Assembly: GCA_009914755.4 (NCBI GenBank)
Contig: CP068257.2
Span: 26,240,001-26,304,000 of the forward strand
From: the human T2T-CHM13v2.0 reference genome, Homo sapiens
Direction of reading: 5' to 3'
Length of the DNA stretch: 64,000 nt
Both the position numbers and the translations under genes were made by a program. The stretch's first letter is position 1, and every line of letters begins with the position of its first letter. The notes beneath the pieces were generated by a model, which was not told the DNA's origin, did no database searches, and saw only the letters and a list, made by a program, of their open reading frames with translations. Positions 1 to 11,196 of this stretch are shown piece after piece.

Positions 1-3000
1 AAACAGGATTCCTTCTTATCTCAAACCTGCAGGTTGTTGGGAAGCATGTAAGTGATACTGTTCACTTTGGCTACATCACGCCATTCTAAATTCATATCTT
101 TTCAATGCTATTATTTCTGACATTTCATGTTGTAAACCTAGAAAGGCAGTACTCAGATGTCCACTTTGTGGATTTTGTATTTTTCTATGTGATAGGCCCA
201 TTTAATAATATATTTTTCCCTTTCAGGCACTTCGAATAATTTAAAGCAAATTATTTTCATGGAAAACTGGTCGATGTTTGAGTCCTCAAGTGCTTACACT
301 AGGAGGGAAGTAACCTTTTCAGATGAGTGTCTGTTTCACTACATTTCCACAAGAAACATCAAATTTCATATTTCACTATTTTTAAACTAGAGAAATCTAG
401 GAAATTGTCATTTTCCAAGAACAATATGATGCTGAATTTCCCCCTCTCCCTTTGCCAAACAGTGTGATAGAATTTTCAGTCATTCTCACAAGAATTAATA
501 ATTAATTATTCTATTACTGTTTCAAAATAAAAATTCTCTGCCATTATCTCCACAAAATTTGTCACTTTGCCACCACCAGCACTATGATGACTGAGAATAA
601 TCAGAGCATAATTTGATTCCTATAACGTTAATAGAAGCTGACTAAATGGACATTTATTTGATAAGTGTTAGAGTGTAAGCTCCACACAGACAGTTTTTTT
701 ATCTGTTTTTTTCAGTGTCAGATACCAAGATTTGAGCACAGTTTCTGATGTATACTCAGTGCTAAATAGCATGTTGAATGAAGGGGTGAATGACTCCTGT
801 GCTCAAATTCTATTTGATTAATTCAAACATAATCTGCCTCTTGTGCACAGGATGAAATTATCCTGACTCTGTATTTTTAACTATAATAATAGCAATATGA
901 AATATATATGTATAATTTTATAAAATTTACAAAATCATTTACACACCACATTTTCTCACCTAAGACTCTAAACAGAGCAAGGCTTTATGATCATAATTTT
1001 ATTGATAATCACATTTAGACTAGGAGAAATTGAGTGTGATTTATCCAAGAGTCACAGAGTGAGAAAATATCAAAAGGAGGATTCAAACTCAAGGCTTATG
1101 ACTTCTAAGTCTCTATGTATTTCACTACATCCATACATTCTATATAGTATTTTTCAAAGTTTGCAAAGCAATGCCCCTTATTTACCTTATGTGATCCTTT
1201 TATTTCTCCGCTTCCCCAACTTTGGAGATAAGCAGGGTTTTGTTTATCTAATGCTACACAAAAAGTCACCCCCAAACTTGGAAACCAAAATAATTATTTA
1301 TGGTAATGTGTGTTGACTGAGCTCAACTGGTTATTTCTCACTTCAGATATCTCCTGGAGTGTCGGTCAGATGGTAGCAGAATCTAGAGTCATCTGAAAGT
1401 TCAACTAGACTGGACAACCAAGAAAGTATCTTCATTCACATGTCTGACACCTCAGGTGGGATTGCTAAAAGAGCAGACACTATAGCTCTTTTTCTTTTTG
1501 TGGACTCCCCATATGGCTAGCTTTGGCTTCCTCAAACTTAGAGTCCTCAGAGTGCTTGAACTTCATGTTCAAAAAGTTGGCTTCCCACAGACTACACATT
1601 CCAAGAGAAAAAGAAACATGCCACATTCTATTGTTTACATACGGCAAGCCCTCATTTATTTTGGTTAAAAACTATACAGAAAAGTGAATACTGGACAGCA
1701 TGTTTCACTCAGGGCCATTTTTCAAAAGATAGCAGCACTCTACAATGGTGAACATACATATTGTAGAACTGAGTGGCCAATTTCTTTACCTATAGCCTGG
1801 GTTTGACTCACTTATTGGATTACGTTGGAAATCCAAGGTAAATCTTACTTAATTTCTCTTAGTTTCCATTCCTTATTAAAGTATAGCAATTGCTACCTCA
1901 TAAGGTTGTGTCACTTTGGAATTAGATAATCAAAATAAATGAACTTTGCAAACTCTAAAGTGTTATCTATTTTTTTTTTTATTAATGGTGTCATGGGACA
2001 TTGGCTGCTTCTGTTTGAAAATCAAACCTTTCTTCACTGGTATCTTCTTAATCCTCAGAGACTAGAAATTTGAAGTCAAAATATATCATATGAACTGATC
2101 TTTCCCTCCACCACCATTTTATTCCACTGTTATATGTACTCAACAGACTTCTTACAGTTAAATTCATTTTCCAAAGCCGCCATTCTGACTAACCACTCCC
2201 TAATATTCTCTGTACCAAATATGTCTCAAGCCTGGTAAAAAATGAACCCTATAATTTTCCTGGACAACATTTCCTTATAAATTCAAATTTACCTAAAATT
2301 ATCTCCTCCATAATTATTCCTTAAGCTTCTTTGAGATCAGTAGCTTCAAAGCAGGTGAAGTCTCAGTAACTCGAGCAGAAGATGTTACCTATTAAGCATC
2401 CAGCACTATTGCAGGAATTGGTTTTCACTCAATTGTTTAATTATCATCACTGTTCTCTTTCAATTAGGAAAAAATAAGGATATAAGAGAATAGAAAGTAG
2501 GGCAGTATCAGGTACTGTATTGGAGAAAGGCAGAAAAATTGAGGAGGAATGAAGTGCATGTACGGAGAGTTACGCTGTGAAGATAGTACTTCAATAGTTT
2601 CCAACACGGTGCAAAAAGAACTTTTATGTTCTGAACCAATCTTAATGTTAAATGTAACCTTTATCTCTCACTCATTGCACTAAAAGATATATTGAATTAT
2701 AACTCTTCATTTGAAACAAATGATAATCGGAACGATTCAGTATAGGGGAAAACATAAGGGGGAACGCAGAAATGGTCATTTTCAGGAAAATGTTCTCTGG
2801 TAAGAGGATAGGATGTGGTGTGGTCTTTGGTAGAAATACTGACAGACCAGCCACTCTCAAAGGAAGGAAAGCAAAGAATGTGATTTCAGATGCAGGTATG
2901 CTGATGGATTTGATGGTGGGAGCATCAGGAAATTCTCTTTTGGCTGCTATCATTTTCACTGTAAAATGAAAAACAAGAATATTAGCTGAGAGAGGAAGGG

Positions 3001-3524
3001 CAGAAAAATTTGGAAGTTTAAGAAGAGAGGTCAAAGTGTACCTCACAAAGGTACATGTCCCAGGTAGGACCCAAAAACTCTTTTAAGGGATTAGTATGAA
3101 TGGTGGAAAAGAAAGAATTTTGCTTTCCTCAGATCTGGAATTGCATGCTATATTGGCCTGGAGCTGCCAACAGCCATCTTTCCAAATGTGTAGAAAAGTC
3201 AGACTGAAAACAAAGTCAACACGGAAAATAATAGATCAAATATGGAATGAGAGAGGCAAAATTCTTACATTACCATTGCAGGGCATGAGAGCAGCCAGGC
3301 TTGTACAGAGAGCACCCCCTGAGGTTTTCTACTACATGAGTGAATAAATTTCTTTGTTGATTAAGCTTGTTTGAATGTGTTTTTGTCAATTATAATCAAA
3401 AGAGTACTCAATACATCAGATAGTTAAGGAGTGGTGTTTTAAGTTTCACATAATAAATTCTTAAAATGACCAGAAAAATAGTGTAACAAATTGATAGATT
3501 ATCAAGATGGTTTTTAGAATTAGA

Positions 3525-3612
3525 AAACTGAGTTTGAATTTTGACTGCTCCATGTAATGAGATGTGTGAACTTTGGGCTTACTTAATCTCTCTGAGCTTC
3601 ATATCATCGATA
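3525..3612 (+). mobile_element. MIR (SINE) core fragment
   Basis: Matches the MIR core 'gtgtgaactttgggcttacttaatctctctgagcttca' (consensus ...tgtgaccttgggcaagttacttaacctctctgagcctcag...). Confidence 0.5.
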
Positions 3613-3711
3613 AATTGAGTATAATGATAACATCTCCCATGTAAGTCCTGGGCAATATATCAGTGTTTTATACATATTATCTTCCCAATATTCCAATTCT
3701 CCAGTAGAGCA

Positions 3712-3832
3712 GGTATTATTATCTTGCATTTACAAATGAGAAGAGTGAGACTTAGCAAGGTTAATAATCAGCCCAACATTCCACAACTAGTAAGGTGGTA
3801 TTGAACCCATGTTTCTATTACCTGAAACCTGG
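3712..3832 (-). mobile_element. MIR-like fragment in inverse orientation
   Basis: 'tttacaaatgagaagagtgagacttagcaaggttaataatcagcccaacattccacaactagtaaggtggtattgaacccatg' resembles the reverse complement of MIR (ttacagatgaggaaactgaggctcagagaggttaagtaacttgcccaaggtcacacagctagtaagtggcag...gaacccag). Confidence 0.45.
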
Positions 3833-4408
3833 AGTGACCACAAAGTCTCAATTCACCTGGGACTATTGTAGTCTGTGCCTATTGCACCTGCATTCCATCC
3901 AATTAGCACACTCTTTCACTTACAAAAAAAAGAAAATCTCGGATTTGACAATAGATTAGATGGTCACCGTTGAAGGTTGGGTTTTACAAGAAGCTGACTC
4001 TGAAGTCACAGATCAGCTTGCGGGAAGTTAATTGGGGAATACTCTCTGGATCTACATCTTAGGGGGTAAAAAAAAAAATCAAGATTGGCCACGGGAAGAA
4101 CAAAAGTCTCAGCAAACCCCACAGGGACCTTGGAAGCTGGAATGACACTTTGGAGTTGTTCCATTTGGAAAAGAGTTTCTGAGCCATGATATCACTGTAT
4201 CATCCCACTCACCATATGAGGTCTGGCCCTAAGAAAAGGGAGTGCTCTTCAACAAGATAGCACTCTTCAGCTGAGGACAATTTCTGGAGAAAGCTGACAG
4301 CCGAGAGTTTTATGCTGGCAGCACTCCCAGTAGCTGGAGAAAGAAGTTCTTCAGAAGGACTGGGCCACATACATCTCTACCACAGCTGTAAGCTTTCATT
4401 TCTCATGA

Positions 4409-4757
<349 letters not shown>

Positions 4758-5580
4758 GCTCTGAGTATTAATAAAAGCATGCTTATATTATGTTTAATAG
4801 TACCTGGTATATATTAATATATACTTACATATTTATACACACACCACACCTACTCCTATACATATAGATTCAATAAATGGCAACAATTATTTTGTTAAAT
4901 ACGTGTGATATACATATAATAATAACATAAATATTATTATTGTAAAGTTACCACTTCAAAACGAGGAGTCTGAAATCATTGAAAGATAAGATTTATAAAA
5001 TTTTGTTTGGAGTTCGTCTAACTTGAAAGATCGCCAAGAGCAGCCCAGCACAATGTCCTGATACATAAACTGTTAAAAATCCTGAAGCTTCTTGAGAGCC
5101 ACATAGGCAGAAAGAATCTAGGTATAGGTCAGTGAAAGGAATCCCATATGAGAAGTGGTGGTGGAGGAAGTGTGGGTTGGTGGGAGAGATGTATGGCTAT
5201 TAACGTGCTGTTGAAATCCACCAATTCTCATAGTCAAAAGCCTTTGGGAAGAAGAGAGGAAAATGTTTTTCCCCTAACTGTTTGCAATCTTCTTTAAGTA
5301 CTAAGCCCATGATTGGGGTGGTTGTGGAAAAGGTGGATCTAGAACTCCATCAAACAACTTCCCTCTGGCCATTTCTGCATCCTCACTGTATTATTTGTTA
5401 ATTCTACTCCTAAAATTGTGTGGAGGTTAACCAGGGCTTTAAACTAAACATATTAGTAGTAAAAGAGAGATTCCCTATTGAATTAATCTGACGTGATTAC
5501 AGAAAAGACAACTCATTCCTCCAGGACTTGGAGCCTTTGGAGTGTGCACATGCATAGAAAATGTGGTGGTTAATTTTTCT

Positions 5581-6053
5581 AAGGTCAGCTTGGCTGGGCT
5601 AAGGGATGCCCAAATAGCGGGTAAAACATTATTTCTGGCTGCGTCTGTGAACGCGTCATTTTGATAGACTGAGTAAAGATTGCCCTCACCAATGTGGGTG
5701 GAGCTCATGCAATGCATTGAGGACCCAAACAGAACAAAAAGGCAGAGGAAGGGAGAACTGGCTGTCTCTGCTTGAGCTGGGACAGCATCTTTTTCTTTCT
5801 TTGGACATCAGTTATTTGGTTCTCTGAACTTTGGACTCAAAATGGAATTTCTGCCATTGATTCCCCTGGTTCTCACACCTTGAAGTTTGGACTGGCACTA
5901 TACTACTTGCCTTCCTGGGCCTCTGGCTTGCAAACAGCAGTTGATGGGATTTCTCAGCCTCCAAAATCACATGACCCAATCCCTCATAATAATTATCTTT
6001 CTATATATTTTTATATAGGTATTGATTCTGTTTCTCTGGAGAACTCTGTCTGA
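5581..6053 (+). mobile_element. Solo LTR of an abundant ERVL/MaLR-like family (family name not resolved)
   Basis: Starts 'tcagcttggctgggctaagggatgcccaaatagcgggtaaaacattatttctgg', carries '...ccctcaccaatgtgggtgg...aaaaaggcagaggaagggagaa...' and ends '...tctgtttctctggagaactctg'. Clearly homologous to 53672-54228. Confidence 0.6.
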
Positions 6054-7264
6054 AATAGATATTTGGAAATAGCAAGCAAAAATTTCGGAAACTCTTCCTA
6101 GTCAAAATATAAAGTAGACAATTAATTACCCTCATGGAGTAGTAGCATCCCGGGCAATATATTTTGCTAATGCAGCAAAATACAATTGTTAGTTGACTCA
6201 CACTTGCTCTAAGTCTATCTATCTATCTATATATGATTTTTTTTGTCTCTTTCAATTTTCTTATGCTGATCACGACGATCAGAAGACTGGTTTTTAGACT
6301 ACTGGTAACTACTACAAGTTTGAAATATTTAATTTGAGTTAATTCATATACCATTATGAGAAAGTTTGAGAGAAACTTAATGCTCAATTAACAAATAATT
6401 TAAATATTATTTCCATTTTATTACTTGATTCCCCAAGTCTTTCAGTGGCTGCCTTGGATAATAGGTATGCTTTGGAATGTACACGTGAGCTTTCAAAAGC
6501 AAAACAAAATGAATTATGACATTCTTTTATGAAGTAGAATTTCTGAGAGTAATTCAGTGTAAGTAAAATCAATATAAACATCTATATTACCCCTGATTGA
6601 TGGGAAAAGGATAATATACTATCAAAACTACCTTGAAAGTAATCATAAAGTGGATTTTCCACTCAGGATAACTTTTCACAGTTTTATTCCCTAGAAGAGA
6701 ATGTTACGTGCTATTAAACCTCATGAACCCTTGACCTTGGTTCATATAAAGACAGTGAGAACTGGTCCCAGTTATTAAAGAAATTTGGCATAGACACATT
6801 CTTGCTTTTATAGTAAGAAATAATAAGGTTTTCTTTCACTCTGGGGAGAGGCTATTAAAGCTAAATATTACAATGATTTTTAAGGGAGAGAGTTCGTTTT
6901 GACAATCCAAGAGAAGTGTATGTTTCGCATAAATACATAATGTAGAGGAGATTTGTGATTTTATAAAGATGACCAAAAGTAAAAACAAAGTAAGTGTGTT
7001 AACATATGGAAGAATAAGAAACATTCCTGTTAGACCAGCTTCTAAAAACAATTTGAATTATTAGACGGAGATTACATTTCATTTTATAAAGAGCAAAAAT
7101 TAGATAGGTAATTGTCCTGTTACAAATTATTGGAGAATATTTTATATATTTAAATAATTCACTACCAATGACTGCATGAACAGAAATACAGATTACATTT
7201 ACTGTCCCTCTCTATTAGAGGAAGTTTAATTTTATGATTGTGTCTGGAATTGGTGGGTTCTTGG

Positions 7265-7700
7265 TCTGACTTCAAGAATGATGCCGCGGACCTTCGCAGC
7301 GAGTGTTACAATTCTTAAAGATGGTGTGTCTGGAGTCTGTTCCTTCATATTTTCAGATGCGTCCCGAGTTTCTTCTTTCTGGTGGGTTCGTGGGTTCGTG
7401 GTCGCGCTGACTTCAGGGGTGAAGCTGCAGACCTTCCCCGTGAGTGTTACAGCTCTTAAAGGTGGCACATCTGGAGTTGTCATTCCTTCCGGTGGGTTCC
7501 TGGTCTCGCTGGCCTCAGGACTGAAACTGCAGACCTTCCAGATGAGTGTTACAGTTCATAAAGGTGGTGTCCAGAGTTGTTGGTTCCTCCCATCCAGAGT
7601 TGTTCCACTCTCCCCATGGTTCATGGTCTCGCTGGCTTCAGCAGTTAAGCCGCAGACCTGCACTGTGAGTGTTACAGCTTATAAAGGCGGCACAGACCCA
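7265..7700 (+). repeat. Four tandem ~100-140-bp repeats in the LTR12 U3
   Basis: Units begin near 7265, 7408, 7509 and 7633. Each contains '...cttcagg..tgaagctgcagaccttc...gtgagtgttacag(c/t)t(c/t)(t/a)taaaggtggc'. Confidence 0.8.
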
Positions 7701-7837
7701 AAGAGTGAACAGCAGCAATATTTATTGCAAAGAGGGAAAGAACAAAGCCACCACAGCATGGAAGGTGACCTGAGAGGGTTGCAGCTGCTGGCTCGGGTGG
7801 TCTGCTTTTATTCCCTTATCTGGTCCCACCCACATCC

Positions 7838-7975
7838 TGCTGATTGGTCCATTTTACAGAGAGCTGATTGGTCCATTTTACAGAGAGCTGATTGGTACGT
7901 TTGGACAGAGTGCTTATTGGTGTGTTTACAAACCTTTAGCTAGACACAGAGTGCTGATTGGTGCGTTTACAATCC
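7838..7975 (+). promoter_or_regulatory. Array of five ATTGG (inverted CCAAT) boxes in LTR12, putative NF-Y sites
   Basis: 'ctgattgg' motifs at about 7843, 7868, 7891, 7915 ('cttattgg') and 7957. Established knowledge: LTR12 promoters carry NF-Y-bound CCAAT repeats. Confidence 0.55.
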
Positions 7976-8029
7976 TTTAGCTAGATGGAAAAGTTCTCCA
8001 AGTCCCTACCCGGGCCAGAAGCCCAGCCG

Positions 8030-8480
8030 GTTTCACCTCTCACTGGCACTGGCTGCGGGACTTTGCGGCACTTATCCCGGGCACTCCGGCAGCCTAGAGA
8101 AAGCTCCTCCCAGACAATCAAGAGGAAAAGAGGGGAAGCAAGAAAGAGACGGAGACCCGCCATCGTGGCCAAAGACCCCGCGAAGAGGGAACGGTGGTCG
8201 ACGCACGGGACCCAGCCTCCGATCAAGCCCAGCAGGCGCTGAGATCACGCCCACCCAGACCGCACGCCGGCCGGCCAGCGCTGGGCGCAGCCCCGGCTCC
8301 TGCTGGCACCTCTCTCTTCACACTTCCCCAAGAGCAGAGGGAGCCGGCTCAGGCCTCGGCCAGCCCCAGAGAAGGGCCCTCATAGTGCAGAGGTGTGCTG
8401 AAGGGCTCCTGGAGCGCAGCCAGAGCGGACGCGGAGGCCGAGGAAGCGCCGAGAGCCAGCGAGGGCTGCTAGCACGTTGT
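8030..8480 (+). promoter_or_regulatory. CpG-island-like GC-rich 3' part of LTR12
   Basis: By hand count about 36 CpG dinucleotides in about 450 bp, with roughly 65% GC (estimated), e.g. 'ccgcgaagagggaacggtggtcgacgcacggga', 'cgcacgccggccggccagcgctgggcgcag', 'gcggacgcggaggccgaggaagcgccgagag'. Confidence 0.55.
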
Positions 8481-8538
8481 CACCTCTCATGATGTTGTAA
8501 AATAAGAAAGGGTAAATGTTATTTAAGAATTCCTTCCT

Positions 8539-8888
<350 letters not shown>

Positions 8889-11176
8889 TCAAAAGATACA
8901 AAAAATCTATAAGAGTTAAGCAAAGCTATATTTATTTTGCTGCAACACTACTATGCACAGTGACATGGTCAAGTTGCTTTTTATAATGATTTATAGTGAT
9001 ATTAATTTGCGTCAGTCATTTTCATGACCCCAAAGCCAACTCAATAATACCAGAAAATACTTGTTTGCTTGCCTACATTTTGTAATAATCCAATGTCCTG
9101 AAATAAAAATGAATATTTTCTTCCTGGAAATAAAGTGAGATAATTTTCTTCTTCCAAGAGAGTCATGAAACAAGAACAGAATGACATTATACTAAACTAT
9201 TTCACAAATATGGGTCAACAGTGGAGGCTTTTTTGTTCATTTATGTAAATTTGATTTGGCTCTATTTTCCTGAGTTGCATTTTATGCTTCTTTCACCTGC
9301 CTTGCCAAATGAAAAGAAAAATCATTTATTTATTAAAACATACACTAATACAAGAAAATAATTTCACTCTTCACAAACTTTGGCATTATGAAGTCACTGG
9401 TTACTGGAGATTTAATTTCTGTAACATATCTGAAGTGCTTATTTTTTTCTTTCCATGAAGGAAACCTTTTGGAATTAAGATATGGTACATTTAACTAAAC
9501 GAGGATTGCATTTGCTGTTTCTGTGATAACATTTTACATCTGAAATTCCAATAAATATTTCTCTTCTTGCTTTGAGGTGGTTTAGTTAATCATTCAGGTG
9601 GTTGGCTTTCATAAGAAGTAAAGGCGCGCCAGCATTTATAGTTTCCCAGAGTTCGTTTTTTGCCTCAAGCTTGTATTTATTCTTATTACACTCACTAGCT
9701 TAGATACCAGGTGAATACCTGGGAGAAAGAAAAAATTAATTTAAAAAGTAATAAAAATAAAAGAACAAAAAAACACAAAACTATTCAACATGCCAGCAAT
9801 CCTGTTCTCTTAAGAAACCTACCTGTTTTTTTCAATGCGTATAAGTTTTAGCATTTTATAGCAATTAGATGAGTCTCTATATCATTAGAACTTAGGTCCT
9901 TGGAATTAGGACAATACTATTTTCTGCAATAAATATTTGGCTCTAGAAATCTATTTTGACCTGTACTATAATGCATAGCAGCAGAATTAAAATATTGTGT
10001 GTTATCATCAAAAGTTTCAGCCTTATTTTTTCACATTTGAATATAAATATTAAAATGATGAAGGCCCCTTTTAGTCTTTTTATTCTTAGAGAAGGCTGAA
10101 TAAATGTTATAAAACAAGAAAAAGACTGTAAAAGAATAATTGCTAATTATAAAAAAAATTTTAAATATATCATCAAGCCATAATAGCGGTTCTCTATTTC
10201 CTTTTTTAATTTAAAATGGACATGAACAAACTTTCATAATACCTTTGTGGAATCTAGTTAGAGCTTTACTCCATTACAGAACAGAAACTTTTCACTGTGA
10301 AGAGATCAAAAGCACTGCTTTCCTTTGTGGCAAATGAACATTTAATTATCTAACGCTAAATAAAATTTGCTGGCAAAAGATATGCTAGTAAAAAAACAAC
10401 ACAAGGCTTTTTTCTGACAGTATGATTTACATAGCTACATTTTCATTACTTTTATTTTTCTACATAACTAGTGTCTTTTCAGTTGCAAATGTTTGACATT
10501 CTGACAAGTAGTGTGGCAGAGTCTTAGATTATAGGTTGCATTTAGCCAAAAGAAAGACTTCGAATGGAATTTTTTTCTATTGACACACTTTCTAACAACA
10601 TACTTATTTTCTAAAAAGGTTTTTATAACTTAGTGTTGATAATATCAAATATCTAAGCAATTTTGCTTAAAAAGCATAGAACACCAATATTTAATGAAGA
10701 TTAGTTAAATAGCACACATTGACTACTTGTTTAAAAATATTCAGAAAAGTTTTGACACATGCTAAAGTGCTGAAGTATGGTTTTGGCCTTCCATAAAAAT
10801 AATATATTGTGCATAAATGGAAGCAGAATGAAGAAAGCGATGAGAAAACATCTAGAAAATTGCTAGTGTGGTAAACATATTAAAATAATTTGGCATGGGA
10901 AATGTTTTTTCTCTTTTAAATTTAATTATGGTAAGAAAGAAGAGCATTTTAAAGAAGATGTTAATTTCCATCAACAATATGCAAGAGAAACTAATGTAGA
11001 GTATGTATATTAGAGAAACACATAACTGCATATATGTATGGTTAAAACTTAATGCCTTCTGGCTTTGTCATTTATAAGAATTATTACCTACACAAGGAGT
11101 ACTGTGCTGAACCCTTTGCATTTCCTTAGTTTTATCACATAAAAGCAAACACATCTCCATTTTCTAGATTTTCTTT

Positions 11177-11196
11177 CTTTTTTTTTTTTTTTTTTT
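11177..11196. repeat. poly(T) run of about 20 nt
   Basis: 'tctttctttttttttttttttttttttggtg'. Confidence 0.9.

Larger units (their letters stand above)
7230..8500 (+). mobile_element. Solo LTR12 (HERV9 LTR), sense orientation
   Basis: Diagnostic LTR12 content: tandem 'ctg(a/g)cttcagg(g/a)gtgaagctgcagaccttc...gtgagtgttacagctc(t/a)taaaggtggc' units, 'gacccaaagagtgaacagcagcaatatttattgcaaagagggaaagaacaaagccaccacagcatggaagg', repeated 'gctgattggtccattttacagagagctgattggtcc...gtgctgattggtgcgtttacaatcctttagctaga', 'ttctccaagtccctacccgggccagaagcccagccggtttcacctctcactgg', then a GC-rich tail. No PBS or internal HERV9 sequence follows, so it is a solo LTR. Boundaries are approximate, about +/-40 bp. Confidence 0.8.

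Noticed and set aside
2672-3046. 124-aa minus-strand ORF in unique sequence near the start of the window.
   Set aside because: The peptide is low-complexity and hydrophobic or basic, with no motif. There are no splice or promoter signals around it, and a 65-aa overlapping ORF sits on the other strand. This is consistent with chance in AT-poor local sequence.
6252-6285. Short CpG-containing near-palindrome 'gctgatcacgacgatcagaag' in AT-rich unique DNA.
   Set aside because: It has only 6-bp perfect arms ('ctgatc'/'gatcag') around a non-palindromic 5-bp centre. That is too short to distinguish from chance.
7278-7943. Longest ORF in the window (221 aa, + strand).
   Set aside because: It lies entirely inside the LTR12 U3 tandem repeats and CCAAT-box array. 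The peptide is itself internally repetitive (VSVTALKGGTSG..., VSVTVHKGG..., VSVTAYKGG...). It is an artefact of translating tandem DNA repeats, not a gene.
8030-8480. The CpG-rich block considered as an independent host-gene CpG-island promoter.
   Set aside because: It is contiguous with, and in the expected position of, the GC-rich 3' part of LTR12, and is followed directly by an Alu and AT-rich DNA with no exon-like sequence. It is treated as part of the LTR, not as a separate gene promoter.
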